Source: Longimicrobiales bacterium
GTDB taxonomy: Bacteria; Gemmatimonadota; Gemmatimonadetes; Longimicrobiales; Gaopeijiaceae
NCBI GenBank assembly: GCA_041690395.1
Contig: JAWLHJ010000002.1
Coordinates: 564,751 to 628,750 of the forward strand
Direction: 5' to 3'
DNA length: 64,000 nt
Part shown: positions 18,748 through 27,956 of the stretch, piece after piece
How positions within the stretch are numbered: the first letter of the stretch is position 1
Layout: each line of letters begins with the position of its first letter
Position numbers and translations under genes: made by a program
Notes under the pieces: generated by a model
Told to the model about the DNA's origin: nothing
Database searches by the model: none
What the model saw: only the letters and a program-made list of their open reading frames with translations

Positions 18748-19911
18748 TCATTCCAGGCGCCGCGACACCAACGTGAGCGATCCCTCGGCCCCGCGCTGAC
18801 GCGGCCTCAGCACCGCCAGGAGCTCGTGCCGACGGTCCTCGAGATCGGCGTCATCCCGACCCTGCAGCGCTCCCCGGCCCCGCCAGACACGCTCCTCCCC
18901 CTCGAGAGCGTCGACCTCCGCGCGTAGCGCGCCCGCGGTGTCCGGATCGATCAGGTCGAACACGCTACGCTGCCCGGCCTCGGCCGGCCCCGCCAACCCG
19001 AGCCGCTCCCGGGCCGCTTCGTTCATGTGGAGCACCCGCCCGTCGAGTCCGGCGTGAAGCACGACGCTGTCGGTCGCCTCGACGAGGGCGTGCAGCTCCG
19101 ACCGCGCACGCTCGAGCTCCACGACCGGACGGGCGTCCTCGAGCGAGATGATCCGGCGGGAGCCCTCCGGTCCGTCCACGACATTGACGCTGCACCGCGC
19201 CGGAAACGTCTCGCCACGACCGTCGCGGACCTCGACCCGGCGCGAGCCCAGATGGAAGTGGCTCAGCGCGGGCCCGAACACCTCGTGCGTCGGCCGCGCA
19301 TCCACCGGCGCGAGGACGTCGACCGGACGCCCGAGCAGGTCCTCCCGGCGGTAGCCGAGCAACGCTTCGGCCGCCCGATTCACGCGGAGCACCCGTCCCG
19401 CCAGGTCGGCCACGAGGAGCGCCACGGGCGCCCCCTCCATGACGACATCGACCTCGCGGGCCTTGTCCTCGACGGCGCGCGTCCGTTCCTCGACCATTCG
19501 CTCCAGCCGGAGGCCGTACTCGGCCAGTTCCAGGCGCTTTCTCGCGAGCTCGAGGAAGACGTTGACCTTCGACGTCAGCACCCGGGGATCGAACGGCTTG
19601 AACAGATAGTCGACGGCACCGCTCTCGTATCCCCGGAACACGTGTCGCTGCTCACCGTGCGATCCCGACAGGAAGATGATGGGGAGGCCATCGGTGTCGG
19701 TGGTGCGGCGGAGCCGCTCGGCGAGCTCGTACCCGTCCATCCCCTCCATCTGGACGTCGAGGATGGCGAGCGCGAACTCGCGTGTCTTCACCAGCGCGAG
19801 CGCGTCCTCCCCGCCCTTGGTCCCGATCACGTCGGCGGGAACGTTCGACAGCGTCCGGCGAACCGTGGCGAGGCTCCGCTCGTCGTCGTCGACGACGAGG
19901 ATGCTCAGCAT
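18748..19911 (-). CDS. response regulator, REC-PAS-PAS, no recognisable output domain
   Basis: ILVVDDD/ILDVQM/FKPF receiver, coiled coil, two PAS-like segments. Confidence 0.8.
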   Translation of the reverse strand: MLSILVVDDDERSLATVRRTLSNVPADVIGTKGGEDALALVKTREFALAILDVQMEGMDGYELAERLRRTTDTDGLPIIFLSGSHGEQRHVFRGYESGAVDYLFKPFDPRVLTSKVNVFLELARKRLELAEYGLRLERMVEERTRAVEDKAREVDVVMEGAPVALLVADLAGRVLRVNRAAEALLGYRREDLLGRPVDVLAPVDARPTHEVFGPALSHFHLGSRRVEVRDGRGETFPARCSVNVVDGPEGSRRIISLEDARPVVELERARSELHALVEATDSVVLHAGLDGRVLHMNEAARERLGLAGPAEAGQRSVFDLIDPDTAGALRAEVDALEGEERVWRGRGALQGRDDADLEDRRHELLAVLRPRQRGAEGSLTLVSRRLE

Positions 19912-19935
19912 GGCGGCCATGGCGGGCGGGGCCCG

Positions 19936-20307
19936 TCAGTCCTCTTGGAGCGCTTCGGCGACGGCGGCCTGCACGGCTTCGCGGGTGAGCGGCTTCGTCA
20001 AGGTCCGCACCACGCCGAGCGCCTCGGCCGCCTGAAGCACGGGACCCGCGTCCATCTGGCCGCCCCCGCTCATGGCCACGATGGGTGCCTCGGGAAACGT
20101 CTCGCGAACCCGCATGACGAATTCGAGGCCGTCCATGTGCGGCATGAAGATATCCGTGAACACCAGATCGGCCGGGCTGCCGGCGAAGCGTCGCAGCGCC
20201 TGCGAACCGTCCGCGGCCTCCTCCACTTCGTGTCCTTCGGACTCGAGCAGTCGGCGAAGACCGGTGCGGGCCTGGCTGTCGTCGTCGATGATCAGGATTC
20301 TTGCCAA
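19936..20307 (-). CDS. single-domain response regulator
   Basis: TTG start after GGAGA; ILIIDDD, TDIFMP, MSGG, TKP. Confidence 0.88.
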   Translation of the reverse strand: MARILIIDDDSQARTGLRRLLESEGHEVEEAADGSQALRRFAGSPADLVFTDIFMPHMDGLEFVMRVRETFPEAPIVAMSGGGQMDAGPVLQAAEALGVVRTLTKPLTREAVQAAVAEALQED

Positions 20308-20559
20308 GCTGGTCTCCCGGTGTCGGGTCGCGCGTGCCGGTCCAAGAGGGAGCGTGCATGGCGCCGCCCCGTGATGGGCGAAACATGCCCGGAATGCAGC
20401 CGGGCCGCCACCCCGGGGGGATCTCACCTGTCGCGTCTCACGCTCTGCCTGTAGCTTGTTGCGCTGCGCACCCCCCCCTTTTGGCGCATCACGGCCCACC
20501 GGCGCTCCATGCCGGAAGGTCATCTCGCCGTCCGAAGAATGGGATATCCGGGGGATCGC

Positions 20560-22503
20560 ATGTCGCGAACGCACCACGACGGGGGCCATCCCGCTCAGAG
20601 GGTGCTCATCGTCGAGGACGAAGCGTCCGACGCGGTCGTGCTCACGCATGCGTTGGCCGGACTCGGCATTCCGCACGCTTCGATCTTCCGGGCATCGAGT
20701 CTCGGCGAGGCGCTGAGCCGGCTCGCGAGCGCCCGTCCCACCCTGGCCATCGTCGACCTGGGCCTGCCCGACAGCGAGGGGCCGGATACCGTGCGTCAAC
20801 TCCGGGCCCGGGCGCCGGACCTCCCGCTCATCGTCATCTCCGGGGCAGCCGACACCGTGGCGGCGGCCCGCAGCCTCCAGGAAGGCGCCGACGACTACCT
20901 GGTGAAGGGCGACTTCGATGCGCGCGCCCTCGACCGTGCCGTCCGCCACGCGGGCGAGCGCCGCCGCCTCTGGACCGAGGCCAGGCTGAAGACGTTGGAG
21001 ATCGAGCGCGCGGAGCGTCGGCTCCGGGCGGTCGTCGAGGCCAACGCGGACGGCATGTTGATCGTCGACGGAGCCGGTGTGGTCCGCTTCTCCAACGAGA
21101 GCGCCCGTGCGCTCTTCGGGCGGCCCGGCAGGAGCCTGAACGGCGTCGAGCTGGCGCTGCCGGTCACGAACGAGACGGATGCCGTCGAAATGGACGGCCC
21201 CGACCGCGGAGACGGCCCCGTGCGCCTCGAGCTGCGGGCGCGTCCGATCGAGTGGGAAGGATCTCCGGCCCAGCTCGTCGTGCTCCGCGACGTCACGACA
21301 CAGCGCCAGCTCGAGGAGCGGCTACGGCAGTCCCATAAGATGGAAGCCCTGGGCAAGCTGACCGGCGGTATCGCGCACGACTTCAACAACGTCCTGGCGG
21401 TGATCCTGAGCGGGACGGACGTGCTCGCCGAGCTCGTTCCCGTCGAGCTGAACGACGCCCACCGGGAGCTTCGGGAGATCGAGGTGTCGGCCCGGCGCGC
21501 CGCCGGAATGGTGCGCCGCCTGCTCGGCTTCAGCCGCAAGGAGTACCTGAGGTTCGAGACGCTGGACGTGCGCGGCTTCACGAACGACGCCCTCTCCCTC
21601 GTGCGACGCATGCTCGACGACCGGGTTAGGCTCGAGCATACCTTCGAGGACGGGATCGGGGAGATCCGGGCTGATCCCGCGGCGTTACAGCAGATCTTCC
21701 TCAACGTCGCCGCGAACGCCCGCGACGCCATGCCCGAGGGCGGCACGCTCTCGATCGCGGTCGCCCGCATGGCGCTCGACGAGTCCCACCGGAGCCGCTA
21801 TCCGTGGGTCCGCCCCGGCACCTACGAGCGGATCTCGATCCAGGACACAGGGACCGGCATGACCGGCGAAGTCGTCGGGCGGATCTTCGAGCCGTTCTTC
21901 ACGACCAAGGGGCCGGACGAGGGCACAGGGCTCGGCATGGCCATGGTCTACGGTCTCATGAAGCAGCACCGCGGACTGGTCCACGTGGAGTCGGAGCTCG
22001 GCCGCGGAACCCGGGTGGACCTCTTCTTCCCGAGTGCCCACGACGACGACAGGGAGCAGCCCGCGTGTGCCATCCCCGAGCGGAAGCCGGCAGGAGACGC
22101 GGCGGCCGGCGGCCACGAGACCTTGCTCGTCATCGAGGACGAGCCCGCCCTCCGCCGGGCGATGGAGCGGGTCCTGGGCACCGCGGGCTACGTCGTGCTG
22201 CTCGCCGGCGACGGCCGGGAGGGACTCGAGATCTACGAGCGCGAGCGGGACCGGATCGACATGGTGGTGTCGGACCTCGTCATGCCGCAGCTGGGCGGAC
22301 GGGAGGTGCTGGCGGGACTTCGGCGCAGCGATGCCCACATCCCCTTCCTCCTCGTCACCGGCTACGGCGTGGAGTACGTGGAAGAGCTCCGGGACGACCA
22401 CGTGTCCATGCTGACGAAGCCGTGGAGCCGTGACACGCTACTGGGAGCGGTGCGCTCGGCTCTCGACGGGCGGGGTGCGCTCAGAAACAGGGCGAGCGGA
22501 TGA
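20560..22503 (+). CDS. hybrid sensor kinase REC-PAS-HisKA-HATPase-REC
   Basis: GGIAHDFNN H-box, NARDAM, DTGTG, PFFTTK, GTGLG; receivers at both ends. Confidence 0.92.
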   Translation: MSRTHHDGGHPAQRVLIVEDEASDAVVLTHALAGLGIPHASIFRASSLGEALSRLASARPTLAIVDLGLPDSEGPDTVRQLRARAPDLPLIVISGAADTVAAARSLQEGADDYLVKGDFDARALDRAVRHAGERRRLWTEARLKTLEIERAERRLRAVVEANADGMLIVDGAGVVRFSNESARALFGRPGRSLNGVELALPVTNETDAVEMDGPDRGDGPVRLELRARPIEWEGSPAQLVVLRDVTTQRQLEERLRQSHKMEALGKLTGGIAHDFNNVLAVILSGTDVLAELVPVELNDAHRELREIEVSARRAAGMVRRLLGFSRKEYLRFETLDVRGFTNDALSLVRRMLDDRVRLEHTFEDGIGEIRADPAALQQIFLNVAANARDAMPEGGTLSIAVARMALDESHRSRYPWVRPGTYERISIQDTGTGMTGEVVGRIFEPFFTTKGPDEGTGLGMAMVYGLMKQHRGLVHVESELGRGTRVDLFFPSAHDDDREQPACAIPERKPAGDAAAGGHETLLVIEDEPALRRAMERVLGTAGYVVLLAGDGREGLEIYERERDRIDMVVSDLVMPQLGGREVLAGLRRSDAHIPFLLVTGYGVEYVEELRDDHVSMLTKPWSRDTLLGAVRSALDGRGALRNRASG

Positions 22504-22524
22504 GGTCCTCGGCCGCTGAGCTGC

Positions 22525-22896
22525 TCAAGGGGCGCTCAGAGCCGCCGCGACCACCGAGCGCACGCGTTCCGGATCGAGCGGCTTCTCCACGACGTCGAAG
22601 GCGCCCAGGGCTCTCGCGTCACCCAGGGCGGCGTCCATCGGCATGGCACCGCCCCCCGACATCGCGACGACGGGTCGCTCCGGGAAACGCTCGACGACCC
22701 ACAGGACGAACTCGATCCCGTCCATCTCCGGCATGAAGATGTCCGTGAAAACGAGATCGACCGGCTCGCCCTCGACGATGTCGACCGCCTCCGCGCCGTT
22801 GCCGGCTTCGAGGATCTCGTGCCCGTCCCGGGAGAGGATGCGGGCGAGCGCGGATCGCACGGGGGCTTCGTCGTCGATGATGAGAATCTTCGCCAT
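22525..22896 (-). CDS. single-domain response regulator
   Basis: MAKILIIDDE, TDIFMP, MSGGG, EKP. Confidence 0.9.
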   Translation of the reverse strand: MAKILIIDDEAPVRSALARILSRDGHEILEAGNGAEAVDIVEGEPVDLVFTDIFMPEMDGIEFVLWVVERFPERPVVAMSGGGAMPMDAALGDARALGAFDVVEKPLDPERVRSVVAAALSAP

Positions 22897-23076
22897 CGTT
22901 TGCCGAGGGCTGAGCGTGTCCGAAGGGTACGCCCAAACGTACCGGATTCCCGCGCGCGCGCCACGGCGGGTGTCGATTCGGCGCGACGGTGACCATCTTT
23001 CGATGCGACCATCCCCCCACGTGCCGGGCACGCGCATACCGCCCGTACCGGCGAATCCCCAGAGGAGGTACCGTCC

Positions 23077-24615
23077 GTGAGCAACGGCGCCGCGAGATTC
23101 GGGTCCGACGCCTTCGCCACCGAGATCGCCGGAGCGCTCGCGAACTCGAGCGCCCTGGCCGTGATCCTCGTCGACGCTTCCCTCGTCGTCAGGGACGCCA
23201 ACCCGGGAGCGAGTAACACCCTGGGCGACGCCCTCCGGTCGGGAGCCCCGATCGGGGACGCGGTATGCGACGAGGACGTGGTGCGGCTGCGAGAGGCGAT
23301 CGACGAGCCGGCCGGCGACGGTGGCCCGTATCTGCTGCGCTCCGGGTCGGACCCCGAGCGCCCGGACGGCGCGCTCCTCGTGTCGCTGCTCCCGCTCTCG
23401 CACGAAGCCTTCGCGCTCGTGGGCAGGGCCGCCACGGAAGAGCTCGAGCGCGAGGCCCGGATCATCCGGGCGCGGCGCTGGGAGATCGTCGGGCAGCTGA
23501 CCAGCGGCGTGGCGCACGACCTGAACAACCGGCTCTCGACCGTCACGACGTTCTCGGACCTGATGCTGGGCGACGCCGAGCCGGACTCCCAGGACGCGGA
23601 GGATCTCGCGGAGATCAAGCAGGCCGGTCTCGACAGCGCGACGATCACGCGGAAGCTCGACCTCTTCGCCGGAGGACACGCGGGCGGCGCGGTCGACGCC
23701 GCGCTCCCGGATGTCGTACGGGGCTTCGAGAAGCTCATTCGCCGCTTCCTGGGGTCGGAGATCACCCTAGAGACCGAGTTGGACGAGGCATGCCCGCGCG
23801 TCGCGGCTCCGCCGATCCGGATCGAGGAGATGCTGATCGCGCTCGTGGCCAACGCGCGCGACGCGATGGCGGACGGCGGCACGCTCACCGTGCGGGTGCG
23901 TCCGTCGACGCCGTCCGAGGGGCCGGCGGGAGCGGCGGTTCTCGAAGTCCACGACACCGGCCCGCACGACGCCATTCCTCCGCTCGAGCGCGCGCTGGAG
24001 CCGTTCTTCTCGTCGAAGCCCCACGGCATCGGCTCGGGGCTGGGGCTCGGCACGGTGCACGGGATCGCCACGGAGCTCGGCGGCACGGTGCGGATGGCCC
24101 GGGAGGATGGCGGGACTCGTGTCACGCTGGTGCTGCCGGGACTTACCGAGGGGGGCGTGGACGAAGCCGAAGGACGGAGCGCAGCGTCCGATGTCCACGG
24201 TGTGTCGGGTGGCCCCACGCGGGTGGGCCTCGTCGAGCCGGGGGACGAAGCCAGGAGCGGGCTGGCTCGCGGCCTCGAGCGGCACGGCCTTCAGGTGTTC
24301 GGTGGGGCGGACATCTCGGCGCTCCGTGGCGACGACGGTCCCCTGGACGCCGTGATCGCCGACGTCCCGGACAGGCCGGGGGCCGGCGCCGCACTGGTGC
24401 AGGCGATCCGCGAGCGCTCCGGCGAGGTGCCGGTCGTCCTGCTTCGGCGCCGGGCGAGCCCGCGCGCGACGCTGCCCGGCACGCCCGGCGTGGTGGAGCT
24501 CGCCAAGCCTGTCGACCTGGCGCGGATCCGGGCGGCGCTGCTGTCGCTCCCCCGCCCCGGGGGCGACGTGCCCGAGGGTGACGTGGGGTACTCGCCCGGA
24601 GCCCGCGCCCGGTGA
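23077..24615 (+). CDS. histidine kinase with PAS-like N-terminus and degenerate C-terminal receiver
   Basis: GVAHDLNN, NARDAM, DTGPH, PFFSSK, GSGLGL. Confidence 0.85.
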   Translation: MSNGAARFGSDAFATEIAGALANSSALAVILVDASLVVRDANPGASNTLGDALRSGAPIGDAVCDEDVVRLREAIDEPAGDGGPYLLRSGSDPERPDGALLVSLLPLSHEAFALVGRAATEELEREARIIRARRWEIVGQLTSGVAHDLNNRLSTVTTFSDLMLGDAEPDSQDAEDLAEIKQAGLDSATITRKLDLFAGGHAGGAVDAALPDVVRGFEKLIRRFLGSEITLETELDEACPRVAAPPIRIEEMLIALVANARDAMADGGTLTVRVRPSTPSEGPAGAAVLEVHDTGPHDAIPPLERALEPFFSSKPHGIGSGLGLGTVHGIATELGGTVRMAREDGGTRVTLVLPGLTEGGVDEAEGRSAASDVHGVSGGPTRVGLVEPGDEARSGLARGLERHGLQVFGGADISALRGDDGPLDAVIADVPDRPGAGAALVQAIRERSGEVPVVLLRRRASPRATLPGTPGVVELAKPVDLARIRAALLSLPRPGGDVPEGDVGYSPGARAR

Positions 24616-27020
24616 AGATGATCACCAACGAGCGAAACGCCGAGTCAGGGCGTCGCTCCGTTCCACCCCGGGCGCTGATCCTTTCGATCGCGACGCTGCT
24701 GGTGCCGCTCGTGAGCGTCGGTGTCGTGCCGGACGTCACGGGCGAGGAGCTCGGCCTACTCGTCTGGATCTCCGCGCTGATCCCGGGCTTCCTGCTCTCC
24801 TACTACCGGGGATGGTCCGGCAGCGCCATGGCGTTGGCCGGCGGCATGGCGCTCATCGCGCTGTCCAACGTCGTGCTGAACCTCCGGGGGCTCCCCCTGC
24901 CCAGCCCGGGCATGACCGTGTTGCTGGTCGGGGGATACCTCGCGGTCAGCTTCGGTCTCGGGCTCGTGACCGAGCTCCTGCACCGGGAGCGGAGGGCGGC
25001 GCAGGAGCAGGCGCTCACCGACGCTCTCACCGGCCTTCCGAACCGCCGGCACGCCGAGGTCTTCCTCGACGCGGCGATGGGCACGGCCCGCTCGACCAGG
25101 GGCCCGCTCTCGGTCGTGGTCTTCGACCTCGACCACTTCAAGTGGCTGAACGACACGCACGGGCACGCGGCAGGAGACGACGTGCTGAGGGAGTTCGCCG
25201 GCATCCTGAAAGCTCACGAGAACCCGAGTTGGCTCTTCGCGCGCATGGGCGGAGAGGAGTTCCTGGCGGTCCTCGGCCACACACCGGTGGAGGAGGCCGT
25301 GCAGTTCGCCGAGGGGACCCGGGCCGCACTGGCCGGCCTCGACCTCCGCTGGCAGCCGATCACCGCGAGCGCCGGTGTCGCGGGGCTGGGCAACGCCCGG
25401 CACGCCCGAGAGCTCCTGGAGGCCGCGGACGGCGCCCTCTATCAGGCGAAGGAGCTCGGGCGGGACCGGGTCCACGTGGCGGGCGAGAAGCTCGCACGTC
25501 GGGATACCGACAGCGACGCCCGCGACGCGGACGTCCTCTCGCCGGTCTCCGGCCGCGGGCTGATCGTCCTGCGGGACCCCGCCGACCGGAAGTCGGTGCG
25601 GCGCATCCTCGAGCTCAACGGTCTGAGGGTCGAGGAGTACGAGAGCTCCGAGGACGTGCCCATCCAGGTGAACCGCGGAGAGGGCCCGGTCGCCGTGGTG
25701 GTCACCGCGTCCAAGAACGCAGAGCGCTTCGAACACGAGCTGGCGACCCTCGCGACCGTCGTCGGAGAGGACGTGCCGCGCGTCTTCTTCGTGCCTCCGG
25801 AGTCCGATCTCGCATCGCGCGCGCTCGAGGCGGACGCGACCCTGGTCGGGTGGCCTCCGTCGGGAGACAGGCTCCTCCCGGTGTTGGCGGGCCTCCTGAC
25901 GCGCCCGATCGTGAGAGGTCTCGAGCAGGATCTCTCGGCCGGCGGCTCGGCTTCGAGACTCGGCGGAGAGGACACCCCGCTCACGGAGGGACTCGTGCTC
26001 GTCGTCGACGACGAGCGCTCCAACCGCGTGGCGCTCCAGCGCACGCTCGAGGACATCGGGTTCAAGCGGATCGTCACGGCGGAGGACGGCGAGAGCGCCC
26101 TCGAGGCCGTGGTCTCGGAGCACCCCGACCTTCTGATCCTCGACCTGCACATGCCGGGCATGGACGGCTTCGCCGTGCTCGATTCGCTCCGGGCTCAACT
26201 GTCCGACGACGACTTCCTGCCGGTGCTCATCGTGACCGGGGACAAGCAGTGGGAGCTCCGGCAGCGAGCGCTCAGCATGGGCGCGAAGGATTTCCTCAAC
26301 AAGCCCTTCGACGTGTCCGAGCTCGGCGCCCGGGTGCTGAACCTCCTCGAGACGCGCCGGCTGCACCTGCAGATGCGGGAGCTGAACCACCTCCTGGAGC
26401 GTCGGGTCTGGACCCGGACCCGGGAGCTCGAGCGGGCCAAGGACGAGATCCTGTTCCGATTGGCGCAGGCCGCGGAGTACCGGGACGACGTCACCGGGAA
26501 GCATGCCGAACGCGTGGGCGCCGCATCCGCGATCCTGGCCGAGGTCCTCGGACTCAGCCCGGCCCAGTGCGACATCCTGCGTCGGGCGGCTCCCCTGCAC
26601 GACGTCGGGAAGATCGCCATCCCGGACTCCATCCTCCTCAAGCGTGGGCCACTCACGCCCGAGGAGCGCGAGGTCATGGAGAGCCACACGACCATCGGCG
26701 CCCACCTGCTCACCGAGAGCACCAGCGAGATCATCGAGAGCGCCCGGGTCATCGCCCTCACGCATCACGAGCGCTGGGACGGGCGCGGCTACCCCAACGG
26801 CATCTCGGCGTCCGAGATCCCGATCGAAGGTCAGATCGTCTCGGTGGTCGATGCCCTCGACGCCCTCACCCACACCCGTCCCTACAAGACGAGCATGGGC
26901 TACGCGGAGGCGGAGGCGCGCCTGCTCGCGGACGAGGGTACGGCCTTCGCACCGGAGCTGGCTCGCGCGCTGGTCCGCGCCAGGGGCCGCCTCCAGGTCG
27001 TGATGTCCGAGGGCTCCTGA
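24612..27020 (+). CDS. membrane GGDEF - REC - HD-GYP c-di-GMP enzyme
   Basis: About 4 TM helices; DALTGLPNRR, RMGGEEF; VVDDE/LDLHMP/NKPF; LHDVGK, HHERWDGRGYP, RPYK. Confidence 0.92.
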   Translation: MKMITNERNAESGRRSVPPRALILSIATLLVPLVSVGVVPDVTGEELGLLVWISALIPGFLLSYYRGWSGSAMALAGGMALIALSNVVLNLRGLPLPSPGMTVLLVGGYLAVSFGLGLVTELLHRERRAAQEQALTDALTGLPNRRHAEVFLDAAMGTARSTRGPLSVVVFDLDHFKWLNDTHGHAAGDDVLREFAGILKAHENPSWLFARMGGEEFLAVLGHTPVEEAVQFAEGTRAALAGLDLRWQPITASAGVAGLGNARHARELLEAADGALYQAKELGRDRVHVAGEKLARRDTDSDARDADVLSPVSGRGLIVLRDPADRKSVRRILELNGLRVEEYESSEDVPIQVNRGEGPVAVVVTASKNAERFEHELATLATVVGEDVPRVFFVPPESDLASRALEADATLVGWPPSGDRLLPVLAGLLTRPIVRGLEQDLSAGGSASRLGGEDTPLTEGLVLVVDDERSNRVALQRTLEDIGFKRIVTAEDGESALEAVVSEHPDLLILDLHMPGMDGFAVLDSLRAQLSDDDFLPVLIVTGDKQWELRQRALSMGAKDFLNKPFDVSELGARVLNLLETRRLHLQMRELNHLLERRVWTRTRELERAKDEILFRLAQAAEYRDDVTGKHAERVGAASAILAEVLGLSPAQCDILRRAAPLHDVGKIAIPDSILLKRGPLTPEEREVMESHTTIGAHLLTESTSEIIESARVIALTHHERWDGRGYPNGISASEIPIEGQIVSVVDALDALTHTRPYKTSMGYAEAEARLLADEGTAFAPELARALVRARGRLQVVMSEGS

Positions 27021-27158
27021 CGGCGCCTGCCCGGTGCCCTGAGTGGTCCTCCGGTCGCCTTCCCCGGCCCACTCGTTCCGTCTAAGTTCGGAACGAGTCC
27101 ATGCGCCGGAGCGACGCACCGCTCGTCGGCGCCCCACAGAGCTCGGAGAAGGATCGTC

Positions 27159-27956
27159 ATGGGTCTCGAACGAACCGTCCTGCTGGCCGCCGGCCTGGCC
27201 CTCGCCAGCGGCTGTTATTCCTACGCCCCCGTGCGCGTCGAATCCCTGACTCCGGGGCAGACCGTGCGTGTGCGCCTCACGCCGGAGGAGGCCATGAGGC
27301 TGGAGGAGATGCGCCGGACGGACGACCGTCTCATGGAAGGGACCTATCTCGAGACGTCCGGGCTCGAAATGACCGTGAACACGCAGGTGTCACGGAACGA
27401 TCCCATGGCGGGAACGCGCGCGCTGATCCAGACCATCGACGTGCCGCTGAGCCAGGTGGTGGAGGTCGAGGAGAAGGCCTTCGATCGGCTGAAGACCGGG
27501 GCCGTGGTCGCTGGGCTGGCTGCCGGGCTGGTCTGGGCGATCATCGAATCCACCGGTGACGCGGTCGCGCCCGGCACGAATCCGCCTCCTCCGCCTCCGC
27601 CGGAGTCGCGAATCCCGTCGTTCTCCCTCGTCCGGTTCGCGCTGCCGTTCTCGCCGGGTCCGCCGCGCGGCGGGGAACGAAAACGGGGGTGGGGCCGCTC
27701 GCGGCCCCACCCCCTTCGTTCATCCGGGATCCGGTGCCGGCGGCCAAGCCCCCGACACCACCCGTCGAGCCTCAGGTCCCCGGAGGGCTACCGAGATTCT
27801 GGTTCGTCTCGTACTCCGCTTCCGGAATCGGATAGCAGAGCGTCTGGTTCGCGACCAGGTACGAGTCCGGATGTCCTGCAGTCTCGTACGTCGAGAGCGT
27901 GCCCGGGGTGCTGTTCTCCTCCCACCGGGTCAGGTCGATCATGCGGCGGGCGTTGA
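27159..27956 (+). CDS. hypothetical lipoprotein; protein-like sequence probably ends near 27650, with a read-through tail
   Basis: Lipobox ASGC, AAGGA RBS; ORF crosses a terminator hairpin and overlaps the susD 3' end. Confidence 0.65.
   Translation: MGLERTVLLAAGLALASGCYSYAPVRVESLTPGQTVRVRLTPEEAMRLEEMRRTDDRLMEGTYLETSGLEMTVNTQVSRNDPMAGTRALIQTIDVPLSQVVEVEEKAFDRLKTGAVVAGLAAGLVWAIIESTGDAVAPGTNPPPPPPPESRIPSFSLVRFALPFSPGPPRGGERKRGWGRSRPHPLRSSGIRCRRPSPRHHPSSLRSPEGYRDSGSSRTPLPESDSRASGSRPGTSPDVLQSRTSRACPGCCSPPTGSGRSCGGR
27676..27720. terminator. bidirectional intrinsic terminator
   Basis: GGGGGTGGGGCCG-CTCG-CGGCCCCACCCCC, flanked by AACGAAAAC and TTCGTT. Confidence 0.75.
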
